Shown here in pieces: positions 11,261 through 22,765 of a DNA stretch of 64,000 bases. Within the stretch, counting starts at the first letter, position 1, and each line of letters begins with the position of its first letter. The translations under genes and the position numbers were made by a program. The DNA is from Setoptus koraiensis (taxonomy: Eukaryota; Animalia; Arthropoda), in NCBI GenBank assembly GCA_048013815.1, contig CM106586.1:15562001-15626000 (forward strand), read 5' to 3'. The notes below the pieces were generated by a model. The model was not told the DNA's origin, did no database searches, and was given only the letters and a program-made list of their open reading frames with translations.

Positions 11261-11878
11261 ATGCTTACCATTATGATTACGTCAGGCGATAACTCTGGGC
11301 TGCTGTTGTTTTTCTTTATAAATCTGACAGTCTATGTAATAACGAATGTCCAAAATGTTGACTGTCAAAAAAGAGAGCAAGCCGTTTACATGACACGCAT
11401 CAGTCCCGAATTACATTCATGGATTATGAGGAGAACAGAGGAAATTGTATTTGATCTAGATATATTACAAAATGCCATTGAGCACAAAGCTAAAGCACCC
11501 ATACTGACACTTGTTGCCTATTTCAATAGCTGCTTAGATCTATTGGTCATACTGGACTTGAATATACCGGGACTGGAGTATCTAGAACATGAAAAAGATC
11601 TCTATGATGATTCATTCACGCGAAATTTAGCTAACTCTGTACAAGATTATGTTGTCAATACCATGACTAAAATGATTGAGCTCGAACAATCGATGAAAAA
11701 GAATACTAAACCCTCGCAGAAATGGATTGATCTGTATGAAATACTAGATATGCTATCAAAGCAAGTCCGCTTTGATCCATGGATAGTATCCACTATAAAT
11801 AGTTTTTTTGAAGAAAACAAGGCCGGCCAACTATCCTACAGGCGGAAGCTATTCAAGGAATATACTGAAATTAAGTAA
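11261..11878 (+). CDS. Orphan secreted protein B, 205 aa (possible extra 3' exon 11984..12074)
   Basis: Hydrophobic N-terminus (LLLFFFINLTVYVI..VDC). Shares W-I-x3-T-E-x-I-V and K-W-I-x-L-Y-E motifs with protein A. The stop overlaps a possible AA|GTAAGT donor with an in-frame acceptor at 11983. Confidence 0.72.
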   Translation: MLTIMITSGDNSGLLLFFFINLTVYVITNVQNVDCQKREQAVYMTRISPELHSWIMRRTEEIVFDLDILQNAIEHKAKAPILTLVAYFNSCLDLLVILDLNIPGLEYLEHEKDLYDDSFTRNLANSVQDYVVNTMTKMIELEQSMKKNTKPSQKWIDLYEILDMLSKQVRFDPWIVSTINSFFEENKAGQLSYRRKLFKEYTEIK

Positions 11879-12188
11879 GTGCTGTCAGTATTCATAATGG
11901 AAATCAATTACAACAGTTTTCGTCCCCTAAACTCATCGACGTATAGCTCTTGAAATATTCTCTTTATCTAAACTTCTGTGCAGGATTGTGAACAACAGTT
12001 ATACGGTTACCGCCACAACTAAAGCAACCAATTTTCTGCAAAGAATATTCGGACCTGGACCTAACAAACAGTAGTGAAATGCTCAAATATAAGACGAATG
12101 ATAGTGTGATAGTAATAAAGATAATTCAAATACTTTCTATGAGTGTTTAATTTAAGATTAAATTGTCTGATGGAATTCTAAGATAAAT

Positions 12189-13630
12189 TCATTCGTCGTC
12201 TTCTTGCTTTTCTTCGAATCTAATCTTTTTAGACTGATGGTTCAGTTGGTCTGGCTTGCCTCTCTTTTTTGCAGATCCTCCCATGTTTCGCAACCTGCCA
12301 TCCTCCAGAGTTCTCAGTCTGGCCTCTAAAGTGGCTCGATGCTCAGTACCTAAAGCATTAGTGATATCTTCACCTAAGGCATCAACTCTAGTAGCTAGAG
12401 AGGCTTTGGCCGCAAGCATACGAGACATCTTTCCTTTCATTTGTGCATTACTTTGACCCACCAATTGCGCATGATAGATTAAACCGTATTTTGGGGTATC
12501 ATGTTTAGTTTTCAAAGCTCTAAATAGTGCTTTTTCCGCACCCAAGATTTGCACAGTGGAAGCTGGGTGTTTGGCTAAATTCATCAAGGAACCTGCATGA
12601 GAAATCAATCTTGCACCAACCAATTCACCAACAAGAATAGTTAAGTTGGGTGCTATAGTCATCATTCTATTCTTGAGATATTCGAACAATTGTGCACGAT
12701 AGTCGGTAAGTTCAATAATGTTCTCACATAAACTCTTAATATTAGTTAAATCCTCTTCTGCTATATCAGTTCCCATAGATATCTCGGCGTATTCTTTAAC
12801 TTTTTCTTGAGTGGCCTCGTCAGGTATGATCTCGCTGAGATCTGTAGTTGCCGCATCTGTGCGCATACCCATGGCTAATATAGTCCTAACGTATGTAGAA
12901 TGATCTGAGATAATCTTTGATAATTCAGGAAAATGCCAACCATACCACTCCCTGCATCGCATAATGTAGTTGTTAAGTTCTTTGTCCAAATCATCTAATA
13001 GTGATACAGCTTGAATAATCATAGTGTCAACTTTGTCAGGTGTGAATTTTAATTTATATCTGCCAATACCATGTGAGGCACCTAACTGCATGATTTCATT
13101 GTCCTGGTTAGACCAGTCAGGCACAAGATCTTCTATTCTAAACCTAATGAGGGACATGAGTTCTTGGACGGCAGCACTAGTGACGCAATTAACACTGAAT
13201 TTTTCCTTGATTTTATTACCCAGCTTTGAGTCAGCAACAGCCAGCTCTTGTGCGATTTCCTCGCTGAGAATGGACTTTTTGATGGTTTTCTTGAGCTTGC
13301 GCCCTATTTTTCCTTCTAACAGCGACGCTGCCGAGTCAACGGCCTCCGCTGTAGATTTGAATTTTTCAAAATGATGCAAAGTTATGATTTTGCTCAGTTT
13401 TTCTCCGCCTTCTTGGAAGCATTTTGTAAGCTTGTCCAACTTGGACAGTTTTTTGTCATCGTGAAGCTATATGGAAAAGGTGCGATTGAGATGATGGATA
13501 AGAAATTGTTGGTGAAATGGTGGCCTGTAAAACGAATCGAGAGATATCATGATTAGGTGTGAGAGTGCTGGTGTGAAATATTTACCTTGAAGACGGCATA
13601 TCCTTGGGCGGTCTCGAACAAGACCAACAT
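12189..13630 (-). CDS. NOP58: Nucleolar protein 58 (box C/D snoRNP); complement(join(12189..13466,13586..13630)), 440 aa
   Basis: MLVLFETAQGYAVFK|LHDDKKL start; KVDTMIIQAVSLLDDLDKELNNYIMRCREWYGWHFPEL and STVQILGAEKALFRALKTKHDTPKYGLIYHA motifs; GT-AG intron 13467..13585. Confidence 0.95.
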
Positions 13631-14062
13631 TGTGCAATTTATTGTTGCTTGGTGTGTCGATGATGATGTAATTGGTGCAATAAGTTGGATAATATAGATA
13701 ATGCTGATAATATGTTTTAATCCGGGATTGAATAGAAGTAACAAATGTTATTAAAACATGCGATTTCCAACATGTGGACCTGTGCGCGCTACACAGTCGG
13801 ATTGGCGACACATGGGATTCTATTGCGCACGCTAGCTGAAAATACGCGTGTCTCATGGCTACAGTGGTAATATAGCGGCAACGGGGAAAAGTCTTGTGCT
13901 GGCCCCCTGCGCACAGCAGAGCGCCATTTTCAAACTCCTGAAAAGTCAGTGGCGTTGACAACTTTTGTGCGCATATAGGGGAAAGCAGCGTGCCGCTACA
14001 TTATGTTCGCAACTGTAACCATGAGACACGCGTATTTTCAACCAGCGTGCCAAGGCGTCCAA

Positions 14063-14095
14063 AGAGAGAGAGAGAGCGAGCGAGAGAGAGAGAGA
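14063..14095. promoter_or_regulatory. (GA)n tract inside the NOP58/CNOT2 divergent promoter region
   Basis: AG dinucleotide run between head-to-head start codons 13630 and 14364. A GAGA-element role is inference. Confidence 0.45.
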
Positions 14096-14363
14096 ATGAA
14101 TCTGATGTCGAATCCGACTGCAACAACCATCCATACCACCACACTTGTTTGTCCTTTTTGCACTATGTAGCATCGTAACAATTGTTGTCTTTCCTATCAC
14201 CTCTGTACTCTATTCTGGTCTATGTTTAGTCTATATTATTATTACTATTATTATCATTATTATTATTACTGTAACTATTATCATTATTATTAGTAGTAAC
14301 CGCAAGCCTCTAGTAAGAACACCAGTGAAACGATAAAATTCTCAATTAATTTCTACACCAGCT

Positions 14364-14897
14364 ATGGTTGCATCAGACCAATTCGGTATGATTGGCTTGT
14401 TAGCATTCTTGAGGGCCGCCGAAACGGATCCCAACCTAGCTAGTGTAACATTTGGAACAGATCTTACGGCCTTAGGTTTAAATTTAAACTCACAAGAGAG
14501 ACTCTATCCAACGTTTGCCGGACCTTGGGCAGATCAGCCTTTGAAAGTGTATGATATTGATTATCCCGTTCCACAAGAATATTTAGTCAATTCAATGATT
14601 AGTGATAAATTAGCTAAGATCCAACTAAAGCGCTATCATGAGGACACAGTATTTTTCCTATTCTACATGTTTCCCAGTCACATACTCCAAGTTGAAGCTG
14701 CCGTTGAATTGTACAGCAGAGAGTGGCGTTATCACAAAGAGGAAAAAGTTTGGATAACCAGGGCACCTGGTATGCCAATAACAGAAAAAACTCAACACCA
14801 CGAAAGAGGTACATACTATTTCTTTGACCCTATCAACTGGAGAAGAGTGGCCAAAGAGTTTGTACTTAACTACGATCTGCTGGAAAATAGATCATGA
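14364..14897 (+). CDS. CNOT2: CCR4-NOT subunit 2 (NOT2/Regena), NOT-box region only, 177 aa
   Basis: DQFGMIGLLAFLRAAETDPNL..GTDLTALGLNLNS..LYPTFAGPW and LYSREWRYHKEEKVWITR..ERGTYYFFD..W motifs. An acceptor-like CCAG at 14361 means an upstream exon cannot be excluded. Confidence 0.92.
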   Translation: MVASDQFGMIGLLAFLRAAETDPNLASVTFGTDLTALGLNLNSQERLYPTFAGPWADQPLKVYDIDYPVPQEYLVNSMISDKLAKIQLKRYHEDTVFFLFYMFPSHILQVEAAVELYSREWRYHKEEKVWITRAPGMPITEKTQHHERGTYYFFDPINWRRVAKEFVLNYDLLENRS

Positions 14898-15934
14898 ACT
14901 ATCTATAATTCAACAGATATGATCATAACATATGATGATAAACCGCAGCAGCCTACTGTAAAATCATTTGGTTAAACCAACGACGCCTGTGTTTGTTCGT
15001 TGCTTCTTGGCGATAATTAATCAATAAAGATAGTAAAATTAAGATTTCAAGATTAACCAAGTGGATAATATGTACCAAGTTAGCTCTTTGGGCTGAAGGG
15101 TAAACAGAGAATGTGCGGCTAGTTGTTTTTTAAATATAGGCTCAAGTTAGCGTTGGCGTAAGTTTCAGTGAACATATTTGTTTTTACGTCCTGCACACTA
15201 ATGCCACTCAACGTTTGTGGGTGGGTACTTGTTTGTCGCTTAACACTGACAGACCCTGGCTCAAACATTATTCAACATTGTGAATCGATATGCATCGATT
15301 GACCCATTCATGAGGACCTCCAACTAAACTGATAAAGCATTCCTATATACAGAGGTTATCTACAGTGCTGTCATTCTCAACGAACAGAAATCAGCTGCTC
15401 AATCTAAACGCAATCAAATGTACATCGATGATGACAATTGCAGGCTTAACAGAGCTGTCATGGTAATACAACCATGTGTTTAACCTCAATAATGGTCATC
15501 CATCGTTCTAACATTTTTTCTGAATTATAGAACATTATTTTTTAAAATTAACCGATGTATTACAACGAAGCTCCGACAAATAATCAGCCAGAAAAATCAG
15601 CTAGAAGTCACACTATCCGGTATCCTCGTTTTCACAACTTTATTTAACTAATTGCACGTGGAATATTCATAGCGAAGAAATTGTATTTTAAATATCCATG
15701 CTCGTGTGTTGTGTCAAGGATCATACCATAATCAATTGGAATCAATTTTGGATGGCAGAATTTAGGAACAGAAAAAAGAACAACTGATACCGCTCGAGGA
15801 GAGATAGAGCCACTAGATGAAATTGGAAAATCGGCCTCAATTTGAGCCCTTTGGTTAAGTTAACATGATATAAGTCACATGAAATCACCATATCCAATTG
15901 ATTGTGTCAGTCACGGTAACTCAGAGCACTCGGA

Positions 15935-18274
15935 ATGGCGCTGATACATAGACAATTTGACCCGATGTTTCTGTTCATAGGAGCATATGATTTTGCAACT
16001 TCATCAACAGTCCTGATAGCTGTCACAACCTTTTTCGGGGGATGGATTCTTTTAAGGTTCTACAATTACTTTAAAACAAATGTCAGACTTAATCAAATTA
16101 AACATGTCAACTTTGACCCGGATCAAATTAGGCAATCGAAACCCACCACATCGAACACTGAATCGTTGTCAGCATTAAATACCAGAAAACATCCAGATAG
16201 TAACTACTTTAAGGATAAAACATTGATATCAAGAGAGGCAGATGCAATAATAGAACAGATTTTAGACTATGTTTTCAGGGACTATTTCTTCAGTTGGTCA
16301 AATGAATTCCTCCCCGAAAAAGGAGAGTTCCAACAAAAATTAGCAACTAAATTCAAGTAAGTGTTGGACCAGTGTAGGAGTCACTTGAGATGTATTAGTG
16401 TTTATTGCATAGATGAATAACTTATTTCTTTCTTTTTCGATTGTTTCCTTTATCTAGAAACGAGATTTGGAATGCAATATCACAATTATTGATGAGGGTG
16501 CAAGAGATTGATCACGTTACATTTTTTACCGAGACACTCACTCGCCATCTTCAGCGACATTTTCGGAAGTTTAACATAGCCACATCACAGCAAATTGATG
16601 AGAATCAGCATATAGTTAAGTTCTTGATTTCGAGACATCTCGACGATGATAGGGCGGAGTTGGAATTTTTAAGAAAAATCTGCCAGTTTTTATTAAAGAT
16701 CCTGTTCCCGCTAAACTACGCGAATTGTGATGAATTCATATTCCTATTGAGAGAAATATTAACGTGTCATGTATTATTTAAAGCTATAGATTGGATATGC
16801 GATCCTTACTTTATCAATCACCAAGCTATTGTAGCAGGTTGTGTTGTCGGCCCCACTAGTCCATCACCAAACATGGTCAATCAACCTTCACATGATATAC
16901 CTCAACCGCACGAGAACGGATCCAACTTCAAACAAATGGAGAAGCATATTGATAAAACACGATCTAAGATCAAAGAGTACAAGCAAAAATTATTGGAAAA
17001 ATCTAATGCGTCCAAGAACGGTGACACTGCGAAGATTCCGTCTGGTAGTCGAGAGGAGGATCCAGATCAACTGAAAACTGTAATTCATGAACTCGAATGC
17101 CATCTTACTAGAGCTGATCTCTGGAGAATAAACATTGGTGCTTGGCTAGTTGATGTTCATTGTGTTGAAAGATGGCTAGAAACAGACGAAATGTTAGTCA
17201 TCTTCTTGGTTTATACGGACAAATCTCGTACAACCACCAGCACAAGGTCATCATCAACTGGATGGATCGCCATACGGACTCTAGCTGAGGTGTGCGATCA
17301 AAAGAGGCGATTTTCCAAAAAGATACCTGCCTTGAGAAAATTGGATCATCCTATTTTCCGTCGTAGTGATAAGGGCCAGTCTTCAACTCCTCAGAGGATC
17401 TGGATTAAAGAATTGCAACAGTTCTTTGACTTGGTCATCGGTTGTGAAAATATAGCAGATAGTGAAGAATTGTTCTTGTTCCTATCACCTACACCCAGAC
17501 ATATTCTATCTAAGGTATCCAAGTTGCCGACTATCACACCGAAGCTGTCTAAATTACCGTTTTTACCTTACTTTGGTGTCTCACCTATACTTTTGAACTT
17601 GGCCTCAAGTCAGAAGGGCAAAAGCAAAACAGGTCATTCAGATAGGGATATAAGTATTGAGCAGGCGTATCAGAATGAATTTAACCTTCGAGGCAATCCA
17701 GATATATTTTTCGCCGATGAGTATGAGCAAAATTCAGACATAGCCGAGCCCATCTATGACCTAATATGTGAAATATTTGAACTAAGAGGCGTTCAACACT
17801 GGTTGAGGAGGACGGTCATATTATTTTTCCAAGTGGCCTTTGGCAAAACAATCAACAAGCAATTGAAAGATTGCGTCGCTTTTATTTCATCAGAGTCTTT
17901 CACCTCTTCTTACCTGATCAAGTTTCGTGACTGCTTCTGGCCCGATGGAAAACCAGCCGAACCGTGGCCAGAGATTACTGAGGACGACAAGAAACTTACT
18001 TATTTATTAGCAAAACAGTATCTCATAAACAACATACCAGATGTGTTCGTCAACATACTAGGCCAACAGAACGCGCGAAAGGGCTTCCTTAAGGTATTCG
18101 AGGCTTTGCAAAATAAGAAGGCCAATAAACAATTATTTTATGTAAGTATTAAGATTAATTTACCTCTTGTAAACTCTCCCATATTCCAACTAACGTTCAG
18201 ATAATCTAATATATGTTTAGGATATACTTGAATCGTTTCTCTATGAATTTGCTCCGGAGCTCAACAAGAAATGA
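15935..18274 (+). CDS. SNX25: SNX25/snazarus-like sorting nexin (TM, PXA, PX, Nexin-C); join(15935..16356,16458..18141,18221..18274)
   Basis: PXA-like (QILDYVFRDYF..SW; LLREIL..VL..AID.ICDP.FIN). HLTRADLWRINIGAW resembles SNX25 HMARTDWWCENLGMW. C-terminal EIFELRG..WLRRT..GKTINKQ..FRD.FWP.GK..GQQNARKG. Both introns are GT-AG and in phase. Confidence 0.85.
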
Positions 18275-18480
18275 TCACTCACATGTGAAAATATTGGAGC
18301 CGTCTGCTATTGCACATGTAAGTGAACTGACATTTTCTTGTTTGTATTTTTTCGAATGCACGTTGTTGTTGTCATGTGTTAGCGCATCAGGATGCACTGT
18401 TTACTCAAATATAATTGTTGTTTTATTCAATCACATTATTTCTCCTTTATCCAATAATCTAGTATCCAATATAATCTGCC

Positions 18481-19215
18481 ATGTCTATTTTTACACCAAC
18501 TAACCAAATAAGGCTGACCAATGTGGCCGTTGTTCGAATGAAACGAGGAGGAAAACGATTTGAGATAGCTTGTTACAAAAATAAAGTGATATCATGGAGA
18601 AGTAAAATAGAGAAGGATATCGACGAGGTGATGCAAACTGTTAACATATTCACTAATGTGTCTAAAGGGGCTGTGGCAAAAAAAGAGGATCTCGTCAAAT
18701 GTTTTGGCCACGACAATATAAAGAAAATTTGCGAAGAAATATTAGATAAAGGCGAATTGCAAGTGAGCGAGAAAGAACGTCAGGTACAACTGGAGTCGTC
18801 CTTTAAGGATGTAGCCACAATAGTTTCAGAAAAATGTATCAATCCAGAAACTAAACGACCTTATCCTGTTTCAATCATTGAGAAGAGCATGAAATCGATA
18901 CATTTTTCCATCAATCCAAAGAGAAATAACAAACAACAGGCTCTCGATGTCATCAAGAAGCTTAAAGATGTTCTACCCATCGAAAGGTGCATGATGAAAT
19001 TGCGTATTGTAACAAGCAAGAAGAACAAGCAAAAGATACTAGATCTTGCAAGTGATGTTGAGTCACAAATGGTGGACGAATCAGGTAATCTTGAGATAAT
19101 TTTCTCGATTGATCCTGGACATTTCAGACAGCTCGATGAGCTAGTGAACAGCACTCAGAGATCGCAGTTACACGTACTATCAATTATAGAGATTCAAGAT
19201 GAGGATGTCGAGTGA
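18481..19215 (+). CDS. SBDS: Ribosome maturation protein SBDS, intronless, 244 aa
   Basis: MSIFTPTNQIRLTNVAVVRMKRGGKRFEIACYKNKV..W; KCINPETKRPYP. Confidence 0.97.
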   Translation: MSIFTPTNQIRLTNVAVVRMKRGGKRFEIACYKNKVISWRSKIEKDIDEVMQTVNIFTNVSKGAVAKKEDLVKCFGHDNIKKICEEILDKGELQVSEKERQVQLESSFKDVATIVSEKCINPETKRPYPVSIIEKSMKSIHFSINPKRNNKQQALDVIKKLKDVLPIERCMMKLRIVTSKKNKQKILDLASDVESQMVDESGNLEIIFSIDPGHFRQLDELVNSTQRSQLHVLSIIEIQDEDVE

Positions 19216-19515
19216 AAGGACATACGTTGACATTATTCGCCTAAGCAATTTATTTTTTATAATTATTCTAATAAACACACAGAACAGGATTACAATTGAT
19301 TAAGACTCTTTAAGGGCACCGCTCACTTCTTCTTCATGAACCAGAAGGGTTTCTCTTTCCATTCGTTCTTTTCGTAGTCCCACTTGGATGCAAGTCCCTC
19401 AATTGGATCAACAGCGTTATCTATATAGAATCTAACAACCTTCTTCTTACCCTCGTCTGACAGAGTCTCAGGCAGTGGTGGTAGTATGGTCCTTCTAAAA
19501 ACAAGGTACAAAAAT
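19177..19515 (+). repeat. Direct repeat copy 1 of the SBDS-3'-end / COX4-3'-end block (copy 2 at 24688..25026)
   Basis: Constant offset of 5511 bp; 19263..19491 identical to 24774..25002; flanks diverged without indels. Confidence 0.95.
19323..19515 (-). pseudogene. COX4: COX4 3' fragment (last about 60 codons)
   Basis: IFLYLVFRRTILPPLPETLSDEGKKKVVRFYIDNAVDPIEGLASKWDYEKNEWKEKPFWFMKKK; no upstream COX4 sequence and no ATG. Confidence 0.85.
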
Positions 19516-19850
19516 ATGCAATTGTCTAGATCGCATACAACTCCGGACAGTCACATAATAGTTACGTCTATATTAGTGAATGGGAACAGATATTATTAGA
19601 GATTCATACTTGTGTTCAAATTGAATAGGGTGGATCATTACTAGATCAATGATATCTGTATCGAATGAACATAAAAGTGAAGAGGCGTGTGTATTCATTG
19701 AACCACTTATTATAGAAGATTCAATATTTAGTTTAGCTCGACACATGTAATTAGTCACATCTAGCGCAATTGATGGAACTTTTGCCGATTACATTTCTCT
19801 GTGTCACGTTTTCTGAGCGATTTTGTATATGCAGTATCATCAAAACGAAG

Positions 19851-21985
19851 TCACGGAGCCTCCTTTGAGTTTTGATTGGCTGGACTATTGGATGAAACCC
19901 GTTTCACCGCCATGAACAATGCGAAACCCATAAAGTTGATACCACCAAGACAGCAGAACAACCAATTCCAAGAGCCCCTGAAACGTGTACCATCCTTAAT
20001 TTTTAATATATGATAGATTCCGGGAATTTAACAGATATTTATGAGTCAATTATGTAATTATTAACCCCAGTGAAAAATTAATTTTCACATGGAAATACTC
20101 ACTATCGCATCGAACACTAGTCCAACGCAACAACCAAACGCAGGTACCAGGCCGCAACCCATGGTGTTATATATACTGAAGATGGGTCCGCTGAGACCAG
20201 CCTGACTCCAGTCGTCGCTGATAGCACCCATCATGACTAGCTCTATGGCCGGATGAAGAGACTTGTTGATTGCAAATACAATGTTTTCCTCACGATTGAT
20301 GAATGTTGGCAGTATCCAGGTAATGAGAGCGCCGGTGGAGGCTAATCAGTATGTTTGAAAAACGATATATGACAACAAGGAAAACAATTTGGTCAGCATC
20401 TCGGCCATCTTTAGAAAGCTCTTTGTGGTATAACTCATAAAGTGTAAAGAGTTGAAATATCATTGTTTCATTGCTCGTTTGTTTGTTGTTGTTCTCACCT
20501 ATACAATATACCAACTTCCTGGCTTTGTGTCCTGACCATTCTAACTTAAGCGTTAGGAATCGCAGCAATTCGCTTGACCATAGTACAGCCAACAATGCAG
20601 CAGACTGTATTAGACAGCATATTAGACCGATAGATTCCATATCCATTCCCAAAATAATTCTCATATAGGTTGGCAATAAGTTACCAAAACACATTTGTGT
20701 ACCATCGTATAAAACAAAAGTCGCTATAATTAGGTAAAAGTTCCTTGAAGTAAACAACTTTTTCCATGGGATTGAGGGTGCTTGCGATCCTTCATCATTT
20801 GATGGTTTAAACGCTCTCTCCGACATAATAATTTTCAACTCTTGTTGACTAACAAGCCAGCATTCTTCAGGTGAATTTCTCACAACTATCGACCAAAGTG
20901 ACAACCAAACAGCTCCTATCAGACCAAGCCCATAGAAGGTCCACGACCAGTGATAAGAGCACAAGTAACTCGTGATCAACGGTGCGGATGTAGTGCCAAT
21001 AATGGCGAATAATTGCAGCAGCGCTATGGCCCTTGTATTCTCATAGGAGGGTAACCACTTATCAGTCATACCTAACGAAAATTGATTTGTGAGATCAATT
21101 TGAGCAAATTATCAGTTTTTCATAGTCATCACGAGTCGCTAAATTATCAATCGTGTTTTGATTCTGGTAAATCAATTAGTAGAAGGTTTCTAGCGTTGCC
21201 ATTTTTATTTTTTTATATCAATCTTACCGAAGAAAATTGGAAAACAAGCGGCCCCTCCAATACCTATGATGAATCTTAGCGCAACCACCCATTGCCAGCC
21301 GAAATACACTGCGCTTGGTATGAGAGCCATTGTAGTCAGAGAGACTATTTTTGATACAATAATTGGTTTGTAAAATCCATTTTTGCCAGCCCACTGCGAC
21401 AGATAAATTTGAGGCAACTTTGAGATGCGCAAACCAACCAAATATATTAATCAATTTTGCATGGTTACAGATAAGATGTGGTGATCAGTAAGCGTCCTTT
21501 CAGTTTTTACTTACTGCATAACCGATGAAATAAACGTTGATTATCAAACTTTGTACAAAGTTTGACCAAACAAATTCGCCATCCACACCGGGAACTAACT
21601 CCAACTCTATATTTGGATCCTCTGTATCTCTGAAAGGGTACTCTTGTTCATCGAGAGCAGTGTGATTGACCATTTTGACAATGGCCACTGTTATTGACAG
21701 ACGCAACATGAACATGAGAGCTAGACCTGTTGAGGCCAAAAACATTACCACCCATCTGATGTGGTGGAAAATTTTGTTGGGCCATCGACGTTGAGTTATG
21801 AGGCTCGCAGATAATTCGAAAGTTTCTATTGATTTCTGTCTCTTTAGTTTGTTCAACACACTCACTTCATTTCTCTTGGTAAAACTATTTCTAAGTTCTC
21901 GACATATACTATCCGGTTTAGAGAGCGTGGTCGAGTCGTTTATTTCGTCATATAAGAAAGTGCCGTCAGTTTTATTTGAATTCAT
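19851..21985 (-). CDS. SLC17 (sialin/anion:cation symporter)-like MFS transporter, about 5 exons (boundaries approximate)
   Basis: IRWVVMFL..MLRLSITVAIVKMVN; FVWS..QSLIINVYFIGY; VALRFIIGIG; KWLPSYENTRA; IPWKKLFTS..LPTYM; last exon GSWNWLF..GINFMGFALF with TGA at 19851..19853. Confidence 0.8.
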
Positions 21986-22765
21986 TGCCAATTGGTCAAG
22001 TTTGTTCGATTGGAGGACTGTTTTTCTTTTCCTCTTTGAAACTTTCGATCTGTAAACAAACAAATAATACCCCACGAAAACAGATATTTCTTTTGGGCAC
22101 CTTCTAGCTCAAAAAAATTGTCACTGCCCGACATCAATAATAGCTCTTAACGATAATCATGACAAGATACTTCTAAAGAGTTAATCTTTTTCCATCAATA
22201 GAGCCCTGACATAACTATAGTACGAACATCAACAATTTTTTTTTATTAGCTCGGCGAAAGAGGTAGAACGAATGCTATAATAACTAGATATTAATGATGA
22301 TTACCGGTGAACAATAATAAAACAAAAATGACTGTAATTCATGGCGCGAATCAGAGAATGATCGAATAAATTCTCTCATCTCTATTTGTCGTTCTATGTA
22401 ATGACATCAAATCATTTCGTAACTATAAGCGAGTGATTTATGGCGACACTTCTTGTCATGCGTGGCAGTTTAATGGGGAGCTTAACTTTTAATCCGTTGC
22501 CAACGAACACATTGTTGTCTACCATTATTGGCATCTTGGGAAATGGGCTTACTCAAAACTATTTGTAACCGGGATACATGTACTCATTTTGTGACCACCA
22601 TTGTCAGCATGTTGTTTCTGTCTGGTGTTTCTAGAGGCCAAGCAATCTGAAGCATTCAATACACTTGTCTGAATTGACTCTAGTATGATTGTGATTTTAG
22701 CGATTTCTTGTTTACTTGTCGACTTGTTAGACACAACAGAAAGAAGATTTGATTTTAACTAACAG

